Source: Felis catus
Lineage: Eukaryota
Direction: 5' to 3'
DNA length: 64,000 bases
NCBI RefSeq assembly: GCF_018350175.1
Contig: NC_058368.1
Coordinates: 124,870,001 to 124,934,000 of the forward strand
In this document: positions 12,851 through 25,755 of the stretch, piece after piece
Layout: every line of letters begins with the position of its first letter
Position numbering within the stretch: position 1 is the stretch's first letter
The notes under the pieces: model-generated
The model's database searches: none
Told to the model about the DNA's origin: nothing
What the model saw: only the letters and a program-made list of their open reading frames with translations
Program-made: the position numbers and the translations under genes

Positions 12851-14419
12851 CATATCCAACATAAGGGACTACAACCTTGGTACTATGGTTAAAGAATGTT
12901 ATTAATGATAATTAAAAATCTTAGTAAATGATGCTGACATGTTTTCCATACCTCATCAGTTTCATTCAACAAATAAAATTAAAATAGCTAATATAAATAA
13001 TATTAAATAATTAAATAGCTAATAATAGAAGTTAAGCAGTCATTAGTCAGAAAGCTCCTTAAATGATGAGAAACTTAACCCTTCTGTGAGACCAAAGGTC
13101 CACCCCTTAACCAGTGGTCATTCTCTAGCAATGTCCTCCAAACCTGGGGATTCCCAGGCTCTCACCTGACACTGACCAGTAGCTAAGGCCTTAGTGTCCT
13201 ATACCCAAGCTAGCCGGTGACAGAATATTCCAAAGAGGCTGGGAATGCTAAGGGTGACGAACTGACATCCCAACGTCCAGGTCAGCTTTGGAGCAGCCCT
13301 AAGGCAGATGATACAAAGAAGGTCAACAACAGGGGAATAGGTTGTATCCCAACCAGAGACCTGTTCAACAATACAAGTTTGCCCCAGGGCAAACATACGC
13401 CCATTCCAGCTCCCCCTTCCTCACCTAAGTGACCTCGAAGGTGGCACTAATCCTGGCCAACACACAATCTAGGGCACAGCAGTATTCAGACATTCAGACA
13501 GAACAAGGCCCAGCTCCCCTCCGTGAGGAGGATGATGAGAATAGCGGTAGAGGGGCCGCCATCGTGTGAGACAAGCATCACTCCCATAAACCCATCCTTC
13601 TGACTGCTTTGAGAAACAGAAACCAAATTTCACCCTCCCTCCAACGCTCTCTTGTCACTGTCAGAACTAATGCCGATCCCTCACTGGAGTCCTGAGACTT
13701 GAGTGGCTGCGGGGCCAGCAGGAGCCTCCAGAGTATTTCCAAAGCAGCCACACTTTTCTATCAGGGATGTGTTCACGTGGTACACACACATCTCGAGTTT
13801 ATCATCCTGGACCATCAAGGAGAAAAGTCTGAGTTAAGGGATGACAGGCCTGGAGGAGCCAGGAGCAGGTAGAAGCAGCCCTTGAAGGAACACAGAACAG
13901 GAGGGCGGACACTGATAGCCACGGCCCATACTTACGGGCATCAGTAGACTTAGGTGCTTGTTTCCACGATTTCCCACCCCCATCCCCACGAAATGCTACC
14001 AGAAAGCTTCTGGAACATTCCTTCCCTGACAGGAACCAGAGCACCAGCTACTTACTTGTGCACCTGAGAGTAAAGCCATGTCACCTGACAGAAAAGATCT
14101 CATTCACGTGTGAAGGCAGACTCCAGCTGGGATCATCCAACGGCTCTACCCAGCAAAAATGCATAACCAAAAACCCAGAGCCAGTCGCTCACGGTCAACC
14201 TCCATTGCGTGGTGCTGCTTCAGACACGGTCAGCGCAGACGCGACACTGCGTGCTGCCTGAGAAGGCGGCTTACGCATGCGCGGCTGCTGCAGCGCCCAA
14301 CCTTGTGCTAGACCAGGACCTGCTTGAGGAGAGCGAGGATGTGGGCGTGCTGCGCTCCTCACTTGTCACCTGGCTTCCCGTCGGCCCGCCGGTGTACCTC
14401 CTCCTTTGGGAGGCTTTCT

Positions 14420-14637
14420 TTCTTTTTTTTTTTTTTTTTAATTTTTTATTTATTTTTGAGAGACGGAGCATGAGTGGGAGAGGGGTAGAGAAAGAGAGGA
14501 AGACACTGAATCCAAAACATGCCCCAGGCTTTAAGCTGTCAGCCCGCAGGCCGACATGGGGCTCGAACTCAAGAACTGTGAGATGGTGACCTGAGCCAAA
14601 GTCAGACGCTTAACCGACTGAGCCACCCAGGTGCCCC
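14420..14637 (-). mobile_element. CAN-SINE inserted in the DUSP5 pseudogene coding remnant
   Basis: TSD TGGGAGGCTTTCT at 14407-14419 and 14642-14654. Confidence 0.95.
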
Positions 14638-15435
14638 AGGATGGGAGGCTTTCTAATGGGAATATCCTGAGTGTTGCATAGGTGTAAAATTCATTTCACT
14701 ACAGATGTTTGAAACCAAAAAAGCCCTCAAGAGCCAGTGTGGGAAATCAGTGCCAGCTTATGACCAGGACCAGAGCATCCCAGTTGAAATCCTTCAGCTG
14801 CTCCACCTTGGAAGTGCCTCCAAGTGGGAGTTCTTGGCCAATCTGCACATCACAGCTCTGCTAAATGCCTCACAGTGGACCTTGGAGTCCTGCATGACCC
14901 ACCTGCAGTACAAATGGATCCCGTGTAAGACAGCCATGCGGCTGACCTTAGCTCTCACTTCAAGAAGCAAATGGGCTTCAATGACTATGTCAGGGAAAGG
15001 GGAGGCAAGGTCCTGGTCTACTGTGAGGCTGGGATCTGTCATTCACCCACCATCTGCATGGTTTACCTCATGAAAAGCAAGCAATTCTGCATGAAGGATG
15101 CCTTCAATTACATCAGGCAGAGGAGGAGTGTGGTGGTCACTCCCAGCTTTGGCTTCATGGGCTAGCAGCTCCTGCAATAGGAGTCTGAGATCCTGCCTTC
15201 CACACACCCAGACTCCCTCCTTCCAATGAGAGGCAACCAGCTCTTCATTCATAGCCCATTTGCAGGCACTGAGACCTGATACGTAGGGTTCCTACCGCAC
15301 ATTTCCTACCTCACTGCTGGCTCCAGTGCCCACCCATTCAACAGTCTCAGACCTCAGTAGAAGCCCCACGGCCATATCTACAGCCTACAAATATGGCTGG
15401 GAGAATCAGCCCAACCCCAAAAAACTATGATTTTA

Positions 15436-15659
15436 ATTTTTTTTATTTTTTTAATCTTTATTTTTGAGAGAGAGACAGAGACAGAGACACAGTGTGAGCA
15501 GGGAAGGGGCACAGGGAGAGGGAGACACAGAATCCAAAGTATGCTCCAGGCTCAGAGCTGTCAACACAGAGTCCAACGTGGGGCTTGAACTCACGGACTG
15601 TGAGATCATGACCTGAGCTGAAGTCGGATGCCCAACCAACTGAGCCACCCAGGCACCCC
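15436..15659 (-). mobile_element. CAN-SINE inserted in the DUSP5 pseudogene 3'UTR
   Basis: TSD-like T(A/G)TGATTTTA on both sides. Confidence 0.94.
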
Positions 15660-16757
15660 TGTGATTTTATTTTTTAAACTCAGATATTTCATACCTGTGC
15701 AATACTAAAAACCTCACTCTTTCCCACTGTAGGTGATAGTAAATGGCCACCGGGATTGCAAATGAACTTCAGACCAACCTTAGGGATAGGTTTTTGGAAC
15801 TAAAGGAAGTTCAAGCCGTTAAGAAAACAGCATCTGACTACTGTACTTCCAGATCTGGTGACCTCTCAGGACTGCACAGTCTGTACACCTCCTAATTCGC
15901 CTTTTCCTTTCAAGCTTAAGGCAATAGATAACCTATAGCAAAATGGAAGAAAGTAGGTGCTAGATCAAGAGAAAAAGCAGTTAAGAAGCCAATTCATTTT
16001 GAAGGAAGCACAATTTCCACCTTATTTTAACATTGGCAATCTCAGAATCTCTCTCCGTTCCTTCAGGACATAAGCTTATCATCATCCAGTCAGAAAAATA
16101 ATCCAACAGGGTTTGTAAGGACATAGTCTATATGCTGATTTGAAATCTCAATTTTTTTTTTTTTTTTGAGATTCTGTCATGAGTCCAATGGAGGCAATTA
16201 GTTGAAGTAGTGAGACATCAACCTTTCTGAGTGTCCTGTCCCCTGTGGATTCTTCCCTGACTTTTGACTTTGCATGATTCTTATTCATACTTCAATTTTT
16301 CTTATTGCATCTCTCCACAAACTGTCTCTTGTGTCATTTGAAAAGAGTTCTGCAGAACTTAGACCAAAACAGGCCTTTGAGGTGGTGGCAGGAGATGGGA
16401 GGAGAAAAGGAATACCTACTGTTTAGGTCAGGTGGCATTGAAACAGCCATTTGCCCCAGCTAGTTGTCCTTGTATGTGCTTGTCTCGTCTTTTACAACAT
16501 GTGTTTTCTTCCCTGCCCCTGGAGGTTGTCTTCAAGCTGTTGACTTCTGGAATTTTATAGATTTCTTCAAGAGAAAAAAACAGTAGTTCCCTAAAACCCA
16601 TATGAATATGAAGAAGAGCAATAGGTTACTGGTTATTGTTGTAGTTATTGTTTATAGTGTAAAATCAAAAAAAGTAAAAAGAAAAAAAAAAGAGAGCTTG
16701 CGCTATGAAGCTGGGCTGCCTTCCTCACAGCCTTCAACTATCTTTCTGAACGGGTGT

Positions 16758-16881
16758 GGGCACCTGGGTGGCTCTGTCTGTTAAGCATCTGACTTTGGCT
16801 CAGGTCATGATCTCGAGGTCTGTGAGTTGGAGCCCCGCATCGGGCTCTGCGCTGACAGCTCAGAGCCTGGAACCTGCTTCA

Positions 16882-16916
<35 letters not shown>

Positions 16917-16966
16917 CTCTCTGCCCCTCCCCCCCCTCTCTCTCTCAAAAATAAATATTAAAAAAG
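16758..16966 (+). mobile_element. CAN-SINE
   Basis: Head, CT region, A tail. Confidence 0.93.
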
Positions 16967-18417
16967 AAGACAGTACAGTCCTTTTTATGCATCGCAACAC
17001 TTTTATGAATATCATAAGAAAAGTCTGTCAATTAAACATTCATGATAAGTCATACTTCATTAACAAATTAACCAGCAGTTCATAAAATTTGTTTTTCTTA
17101 AAAGACCAAATCACACTGGCACACCTATACAATCAAAAGAAGAGAAACTTGACGTTTGTTTACTCTCATCAAAAAAAAAAAAAATTCAGACTATATATGC
17201 AAAATTATATAAATAAATATAACACAAGTAACGATAATAAGCACATTCCATCTATAGAATGCTTCACCAACGTTAGCTAATGAACTCACACAACAAGCTT
17301 GTGAGGTAGGTGTTATTATCCTTGTTTTGCAGATGGAGAAACTGAGGAAGGAGGAGGTAATGACTGGCCCAAGGCAAGCATGAGTCAGCATCAAATGCAG
17401 AGTAGACTCTATGTTGAGACAATTGCTTTGGGTTTTTGTCTCTTAAAAACCAAGAAAACAAAACAAAACCAAAGGAGAAAATAATTCAGTTTAGAAAAAT
17501 GACTTTTAGTAAAGGGAATGGGTTTTTTTAAACTAAGAACAGAATTTCCAAACCTAATAATGTGTATGTCCCAAAGTTTCCCGCTAATTACCACCATCTC
17601 CTCTGTTTTATCTTTCTAGTGAGAAGTTGATGATAACTCTCTCTTTTGACCAGAGAAACTTTACCTTTTAATGAACAGGCTCTTACGGAACCATAGTTAA
17701 ATATGCAGTGAGCTTATGGAATTTCTATCAAATATAGTTTTTCTTTTTGTTTACATAAATTAATCTTCAAATTATCAGTGAAAGAAAAAGGGGTTAACCC
17801 AGTGTAATCCCTACACCTTCTCTAAATGCCTTCAAAAGCTATATCAAGTGTGAATATAGTAAGTGAAATCCTTCATGAATTTGTAAATTGCTTTAAATAA
17901 AGACCTTCAATAATAATTTTGTAGGAGAGGCTTGTTTTTGTAATTTATAGCTAAGCAGCTGTTGTTTTGGTGGCATCTTCAGTTTCTTTTACACACAAAA
18001 AAAATCTGAAAATGAGTCATGTGGACAGGAAGACCAGATTGCTTTACATGGTAAATGTTTTGGTATGCTTGCCTCTTAGAATTTTTAAAGTCTCAGGAAA
18101 GTAAATACCAGAAAAGATCATTCATTAACCATCACACAGGAGAAAATGTTAACCAATGATATGTTCAACTTATACTCCAATCGATTTTTATGTTTCATAT
18201 AGATTGACATGCAGTAGCTGAGTGTGTGCGATAAGCAAATAGACTAGCAAATACAAGAGAGCTTCTCTGAGGCCCTGCAAAGCCTAGCACATGCCTCATC
18301 AAGGGTGTAAGAATTGACTTTTCAAGTGTTTTACTCTGGTATGCCTGTCCTTACCATTCACTTTTGTCCCCTTGGATGTGGCAAGAATCAGAAGCTGATG
18401 AAAAGCACATAGTTACT

Positions 18418-18640
18418 GGGGTGCCAGGGTGGTTCAGTCAATTAAGCATCCAACTAAGGCTCAGGTCATGATCTCAGTTCGTGAGTGGGAGTCCCACATT
18501 GGGCTCTGTGCTGACAGCTCAAAGCCTGGAGCCTGCTTTGGATTCTGTGTCTCCATCTCTCTGCCCCTCCCCCCCACACACTGTTTCTCTCCCTCAAAAA
18601 CCAATAAACATTAAGAAACTTAAAATTGAAAAAAAAAAAG
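18418..18640 (+). mobile_element. CAN-SINE
   Basis: TSD ACATAGTTACT. Confidence 0.93.
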
Positions 18641-19647
18641 AAAAAATACATAGTTACTAATATACTCAGTATATTCTTGACACTTGAGATGATGTATGTA
18701 AAGGTGCTTGGTAAATTACAAATTATAAGTCCCTTCTGTATACAAAAGTGTCATATATTTCGGTAATGTGATCATAGCTAAGCTTTTGAATGAATATCAG
18801 TTAAAAGAAATTAACATTTACCCCAATATCTGTATATATATTTTATTCATTAATAAACTATATATGTGTACTTCTCTATTAATACAGTATACATATTATA
18901 AGACACACAAAAATAGAAATTGAAAATGGTTAAGAAAGATAAATAGAAAATAATTTCTAGTACTTTCTTCCTCCTACCAATAGATTACCTTTAGAGACTA
19001 TTGCTGTAATGGAATGTAAATCTATTTTCAAAATAAGGAGTGACAATTATAATTAATTTTTAGAATATACGTAAATACTGCTAAATATTACTAATTCTAG
19101 TGCTTTACATTTATTAACTTGTTTTATCTTGGTATCAGCCTTATGCAAGAAGCAATAATTATTATCTGCACTTCACAAATGATGAAATCAAGTCACACAC
19201 TAGTTACCTAACTTGTCTGTGGCCACACAATTACAAAGGAGAAGGGATGGGACTTAAATCCAGGCAACTTAGAGTTAAACTTTAGCTAATCTGAAACTCT
19301 GAATGCCTGGCACATTATTATTATACTATACCAGTAAGAAATAGGGGCTTCTATGCATTAGTTTCCATAACACCTTCATAATGGCATGTATCTTACTATA
19401 CATACATACATACATACATACATAACTATACATACATAACTATACAGTTATACATTATAACTGTTGTTTTGAATATTTGTCTCTCCCACAAGAATGAAAA
19501 CTCCTTGAGCTCGAGGACTGAGTACTTTTATATTTGAATCACAGTGCCTGGTATCTGGAAAGCATCTGTTGAATAAATGGCTAGATGAAGGAGAAAACAG
19601 ATGTTAAAAATGGGCATATGGATGGATTGACCCAGACTGTCTTCTTC

Positions 19648-19859
19648 TTTTTTTAATGTTTTTATTTATTTTTGATACAGAGAGAGACAGAGCATGAGCA
19701 GGGAAGGGGCAGACAGAGAGGGAGACACAGAATCTGAAGCAGGCTCCAGGTTCTGAGCTATGAGCACAAAGCCCAACGCGGGGCTTGAACTCATGGACCA
19801 TGAGATCATGACCTGAGCTGAAGTCAGATGCCCAACCCCCTGAGCCACCCAAGCGCCCC
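19648..19859 (-). mobile_element. CAN-SINE
   Basis: TSD ACCCAGACT(G/T)TCTTCTT. Confidence 0.94.
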
Positions 19860-20101
19860 TACCCAGACTTTCTTCTTAATGGGATATTGTTCCATTGCTA
19901 AGCAAACACATAGAAAAATAACTTGATGTTATCTGAGCTCTTTCAGGTAGGAATACTGTCCTACCCATGGGCCTTCCAATCTTTTGATCCTAGAGAAACC
20001 AAAAAGGTGAAAGTAGAAAGATAGGAATATTGTTTATAGAAATAATGTCTCTTGGGAACCTTATTCATATTTTATCTCATAAAAAAAGAAAAAAAAAACC
20101 A

Positions 20102-20225
20102 GAGGTACCTGGTTGGCTCAGTCAGTTAAGACTCTTGATTTAGGCTCAGGTCATGATCTCACAGTTCGTGGGTTTGAGCCCCATGTCAGGCTCTCTACTA
20201 CCAGTGTGGAGCATGCTTGGGATTC

Positions 20226-20283
<58 letters not shown>

Positions 20284-20395
20284 TCTCTCTCTCTCTCTTG
20301 CTCTCTGCCCCTCCCCCACATATGTATACTTTCTCTCCTCCCTCTCTCTCACTCAAATAAGTAAATAAACATTTAAAAAATTTAAAACAAAACAA
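20102..20395 (+). mobile_element. CAN-SINE with expanded (CT)n
   Basis: Head; CT run at 20231-20297; A tail. Confidence 0.92.
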
Positions 20396-21398
20396 AAAGA
20401 GAATCTACTCTCATGCTCTGGAGTCAACAGGAAATCTATTTCATTACAACCTTAGCCTGGATACCTACAGGAAAAAAAAAAAAAAGATGGATGAATGAAT
20501 GAATGGTGGACTTGCCTTCCATGAAGTGGAATCCAGATATCCAGGTCTCATTCCAGTCTTAATCAAGCATATGTGGTTACACTTCCATTAGCAATATGAT
20601 TCATTACAACACAATTTACCCAGACTGCAAGACTGATATCCCCAAAACATGACATTTCATGTTTCCTTTTCTTCATTTTGAGTGACAGAAACCAGCACCA
20701 GGATGTTATCCAAATCTTGAAATATTCCTTCCTGTATTTGAAGCTGGAAAAACTGCAAGGCACTCTGACCCAAACACACACTGTAATAAATGTGTGCTAT
20801 TTTCACCCCAGTTACTACTGTATGTAGCTTAAAATACAAAAGCCTCTAATAAAACAATGACTGTTTAACAAATCTAATGATGTACTTAATGTAATGTAAT
20901 GGGCCTCATCTAAATACTATATAATTGTGTCTGTTTTTCATTGCTTTATATTCTTTCAAATAAAAGATGATTTTATAGAAGTTGAATTCTGGACTTTCTT
21001 TGCTATAATTACATATGTAATAATATTAACTATATATAATTACATTATATATAATTTTTTTATTTGAGCTGATTAGTGTTGTTCTTTGGTGCTTCTTTTA
21101 GCAATCAAATGCAATTACCACTGTTCTGTAATACTGCCTCTCAAAGTTGTTATTTCACTCTGAGAGCTGTGACTGTCTTGTCTTTATTTTTCCTCTTCAG
21201 GACAATGTCCACAACAGTGTTGCTAAATCTTTGCTGAATCGGATCACTATTAAACTACTTAGCAAAGGTTACATCTGTCAAAGATATGATTCGTTTTCAT
21301 GAGTAGAAAGCGAGTAGAGTCCTACTTAAGTGTGGTTTGCTGGACCAGGAGAGCACCCTCAACATCACCTAATAGCATTGTAAAAAATACCTTCACCA

Positions 21399-21592
21399 GG
21401 GTATCCTGAGTGGCTCAGTCAGTTAAGCATCTGACTTCAGCTCAGGTCATGATTTCATGGTCCATGAGTTCAATCCTTATGACAGCTCAGAGCCTGGACC
21501 CTGCTTTGGATTCTGTGTCTCCCTCTCTCTCCACCCCTCCCTCACTTGCACTCTGTCTCTCAAAAATAAATAAACATTAAAAAAAAAAAAAA
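21399..21592 (+). mobile_element. CAN-SINE with an internal deletion
   Basis: Head and tail present; about 20 nt missing before GACAGCTCAG compared with neighbouring copies. Confidence 0.9.
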
Positions 21593-21879
21593 AGCTTTCA
21601 CTAATCTAAAGCAACATTCCCTGACCCATTTCACCTATAGTAAAGGTGATATTTTGATCACCATTTATATCTGCAATAGAGCAATTTGGGAGGGAAAAAG
21701 AATTATTTAATTATCTCCTAAAACCCCAGCACTTCATAATAATTGTGAGTGCTTACTATGTGCTGCACACTATTCTAAGTTACACTTTGTGAATTAACAC
21801 TCTCAACCCCCCCAAAAAAAACCTCTGAGGTATAATTAATCTTCATTTTGCATATGAGGAGAGTGAGTCAAACTAAGTA

Positions 21880-23400
21880 AATGAAAGGATACATCATCTC
21901 ATGGATATAAAGACCCAATAAAATAGGTCAATCCTCCCCCAAAATTAATCTACAAATTCAGTGCAAACTCCAATCAAAATCCCCATTGAAAAATCATCGA
22001 ACTCGTAGCGGATCCTAAAACACATATAGAAGAGGAAAAGCAAGAATAAAAAGAATATCTAAAATTTGGGGGGCACCTGGGTGGCTCAGTCGGTTGGGCA
22101 TCCAACTTCAGCTCAGGTCATGATCTCGTGGTTTGTGAGTTGGAGCCCCGCATCCAGCTCTGTGCTGACAGCTCAGAGCCTGGAGCCTGCTTTGGATTCT
22201 GTGTCTCCCTCTCTCTCTGTCTCTCTGCCCCTACCCCACTCTCACTCTGTCTCTCTCTTTCTCAAAAATAAATAAGCATTAAAAAAAAAAAAAGAATATC
22301 TAAGATTTTGAAGAAGCAAAAAGAGCAAGATGATCCTCTGTGATAATATAAACCACTATGGCAGATAAATACATTAATGGAGCAGATCAACAAGTCGTGT
22401 CTATGAGAACTTTATGTAGACAGAGAAAGATTACAAATCTGTGGAGGAAATAGTGTAGTATTCTAATTAGCTCTCCATATGGAACAGTAAATTAGGCCTC
22501 AATAAATTAGGAACAATAAATTAGGCCTCACCTCACAAAACCACATATTTAAATCTATGCTGATTAGAGGCATAAGTATGAAAAATAAGACTTTTAAAAC
22601 TTCAAAAAAATTAAAATTAGGTGTTTAGGCAACAAGGATATCACACACCAAAATTAAATGACAAATGACACACTAAGAGAAGATACATACAATGTATTTA
22701 AAATCCAATATCCCTAGAGTAAATTTCTTAGAATCATACAAATCAACTTAAAAAGGGCTATCCAGTTTTTTCAAATGGGCAACGGATAGGAATAGAATTC
22801 ACACAAGAATGATCAATAAATATGTAAAAAAAAATTATCTTTCTCAATCAGCAAACAGAAAAATATTTTATATACAAAAGATTAGAGAACATTAAAAGTC
22901 TAATAATGTAAATAAGGAGCATGAGGGGACGCAAGCACCCTCAATGCACTCTATAAAATTTGCTACTAAATTTTAGTAAATATCTAGTGAAATTGAAAAT
23001 GCACATATTATACAAACTAGCAATTCTACTTCTAAGAATTGATCTGGAGTCCCTCTTTCAAGACTTCACTGGAAATCTATATGAGGATATTTCAGCTAGC
23101 ATCCTTTATCTCAAGAAAATATTCACTGAAAGATCAATAGGTTAAAAAATTGAAGTATATTTATACAGCAGAATGCTATAGAGTCTTAAAACCTATGAAT
23201 ATTTCCACATGCATCAACATATTTAAATCTCAAAAAAAAAAACCAAATCTCAAAACATTTCAAGACACATGTACAGAAATTTTTACAAACCATGAAACAA
23301 TATTATATTTTGTTTATGGATACAAACACATGTATTAAGAGCATAAAAAAATAGACCAACTGCAGGATGGTGATTACCTTTTGGGTTCAGGGAAGGGAAT
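21880..23400 (+). mobile_element. Highly degraded old L1 (ORF2 3' part to 3'UTR), interrupted by a SINE
   Basis: AAATTAATCTACAAATTCAGTGCAAACTCCAATCAAAATCCC, AAATGGGCAA, CTAGCAATTCTACTTCTAAGAATT motifs; A-rich strand. Confidence 0.6.
22070..22292 (+). mobile_element. CAN-SINE
   Basis: TSD AAGAATATCTAA. Confidence 0.95.
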
Positions 23401-23434
23401 AAGAAAAGCAGGCCTTTATCTTTATCTGTTAGGG

Positions 23435-23651
23435 TTTTTAACACTTATTTATTTTGAGACAGAGAGAGTGTGTGTGCATGCTCGCAAGCGGGGGAGGGAC
23501 AGGGAGAGAGAGGGAGAGAGAGAGAGAATCCCAAGCAGGCTCCTGTGCTGTCAGTGCAGAGCCCAACTGTCATTCGAACTCACAAACTGTGAGATAATGG
23601 CCTGAACCAAAATCAAGAGATGCTTAACTGACTGAGCCACCCAGGTGCCCC
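23435..23651 (-). mobile_element. CAN-SINE
   Basis: Reverse-complement element; TSD-like TAT(C/T)TGTTAGG. Confidence 0.92.
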
Positions 23652-24579
23652 TATTTGTTAGGTTTTATTACTTCAAAAAGAAATTTTTGAAGCAAAAGCA
23701 ACAAAATATTAGCACATATTACACAGTATCTAACTCTACTATTGCCACCAATTTTGTAGTCTTATATGGTTTAACAATTTAAGAAATGAAATACTACAAG
23801 CTTCATTTATTTGTATTCCTAAAATTTTGTTCCAAATAGTAATCATCAACTAAATTTACAAGTATGTATGAGAAAAGTATTCTTCTCTAAAAAATAATGA
23901 CAAAAAAGTAGCAAACTTTATTTTTCTCAATTGTCACTATGATATCAGGTATCTATAAAATTGTGAAGAAAAATATTTAAATGTGTAAATAAAATGTTTT
24001 TATTTTGTATAAATTTATTTATTATGTATAAATGTATTTATTATGTATAAATAAAATGTTTTTATTGAAGTGGGATGAATGGCAAAGAGAATTTTCTGTG
24101 TCCAGAATAAACATGAAGACTATAAGGAAGAAAAGAGGACTGTAATTTATCCTCATGAACCCATCTAGATAGAATGCACTGCTTAAATGAAGCTAGAAAT
24201 GATTGTTCAGTGCTTTGGGGGGCTTTTTTAGAGGACTTGAGTGACTTACTTGGGTATATGAAGCAAGATAGCAAACTTGGAGGCACATTTAGACTTCATT
24301 CCAATAGATATTTCTTTGGTAGGTAAAGTTGCCATATGCCCAGCTGCTAAAACATTATCTCAATTTCACCTGCAAAAATTAGATTATCTGATTTACATAT
24401 GAGGTGTTAGAGAATTTTTATTTGACTTTGTACATACAGTGTGTGACTTCTTACAGTTAGTGCCCTTTGGAGATTCTAAACATTGAAAAGATTATGGAGT
24501 CCTCCCATCCCACTCCACTGGTAATTCAAAATTTCATTATGGCACAAAACTTCCATGCATGCCAAAATTACAAATTCTT

Positions 24580-24710
24580 TTCTGGTGAGCACAGCATAAT
24601 GTATAAACTTGTCAAATCACTGTGTTGTATACCTGAAACTAATGTAACAGTGTGTGTCAACTATACTTCAATAAAAATTTTTTTAAAGATAAAAAATAAA
24701 TTTAAAAAAT
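24580..24710 (+). mobile_element. Short L1 3' end (carnivore type)
   Basis: TCACTGTGTTGTATACCTGAAACTAATGTAACAGTGTGTGTCAACTATACTTCAATAAAAA. Confidence 0.75.
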
Positions 24711-25551
24711 TAAGAATTCTTTTCTACATTTTTGAATGTGAAGTTCTGGACAAAAATGTCAAAATTAACTTGGTTATTTTTAGAAGAGAAGGTGCCCTTG
24801 CATTGCTGGTGCCCTGAACACGTCATAATCTGTTGGTTAGTCCTGTACTGTCTCAGTTACCAATAAACTAAAGGGTTCTTTATGGCAACCCATTATTCCA
24901 AACCTCCTAAGTAACTAGGAAAACTACTATAGGTTTTAAGTTTTCTCACTGGTTTCAGGACTCAGATTCTAGTCTGATACAGCAAAAGCTCACATAATTG
25001 AATGAGTAGTACCATGCGACTGAAGCCTAAGATAGAAATTTCTATTTCTCATTCTCTCCCACAAAACTAGACTGTAAGACATCGGTGGAATTTGGACTTA
25101 CAACCTTCTGGATATGCTACATGAACACTTTTTGAAGAGACCATGCTCTTCAGCTTCTGGACAGCTTTTGTTGTGTTTGCTACAGTGCAATTACTAAAAC
25201 AAGATGGCTGAAATGCCTTTCCAGCCAGTGCTACAGATCTCTGGAAATAAAGGTCATTCAGGAATATGCACACCCAAGTTTCAAAAATAAGGTTAATTGT
25301 AAGAAGTGGGCATGGCTTTAACCCGATTAATTTTAAGCCCATGCAATCTTGCCAAAGGGCTTTACATTTTTATAAACTTATTTAGCAAACTCAATGAGGT
25401 CAGGAACTCTATGATTTTCTATACAATTCCCAATTAGGTGATGGAGGAAGTGTTCATTTGTTACATTGCAAATCATAGTAAGTCACTTGTTTTCCAGTTA
25501 TCTAAAGACATAAAAAAGTATATATGTTAAAATTCACAAAAATTCTAAACA

Positions 25552-25755
25552 GGGGTGCTTGGGTGGCTCAGTTGGTTAAGCATCTGACTTTTGGTTTCAG
25601 CTCAGGTCATGATCTCAAGGTTTGTGAGTTTGAGCCCCACATCAGGCTCTGTGCTGATGACAGTGTGGAGGCTGCTTGGGATTCTCTCTCTGTCCCTTTC
25701 TCTCTGCCCCTCCCCTTTCTTGCTCTCTCTCTCAAAATGAATAAACTTAAAAAAA
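25552..25755 (+). mobile_element. CAN-SINE
   Basis: Head, CT region, A tail. Confidence 0.93.

Larger units (their letters stand above)
14185..16691 (+). pseudogene. DUSP5: Processed (intronless) DUSP5 pseudogene, 5'-truncated, with 3'UTR and A-rich tail, interrupted by two SINEs
   Basis: Fragments translate to SQCGK..PAYDQ..PVEIL..LGSASKWEFLANLHITALLN..THLQYKWIP and VRERGGKVLVYCEAGICHSPTICMVYLMKSKQF..AFNYIRQRRS..PSFGFMG, recognisably DUSP5. Has frameshifts and stops (TAG at 15163 and 15178) and no introns. The downstream ~1 kb resembles the DUSP5 3'UTR as I recall it and ends in an A-rich tract at ~16661-16691. Confidence 0.93.

Noticed and set aside
14160..14190. TSD for the DUSP5 retrocopy
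   Set aside because: Only a weak AAAA..AGAGC similarity to 16685-16697; too short to call.
14705..15165. ORFs of 122 and 64 aa as a functional DUSP retrogene
   Set aside because: Frameshifts, premature stops, SINE insertion in the coding remnant, and loss of the catalytic-loop Arg.
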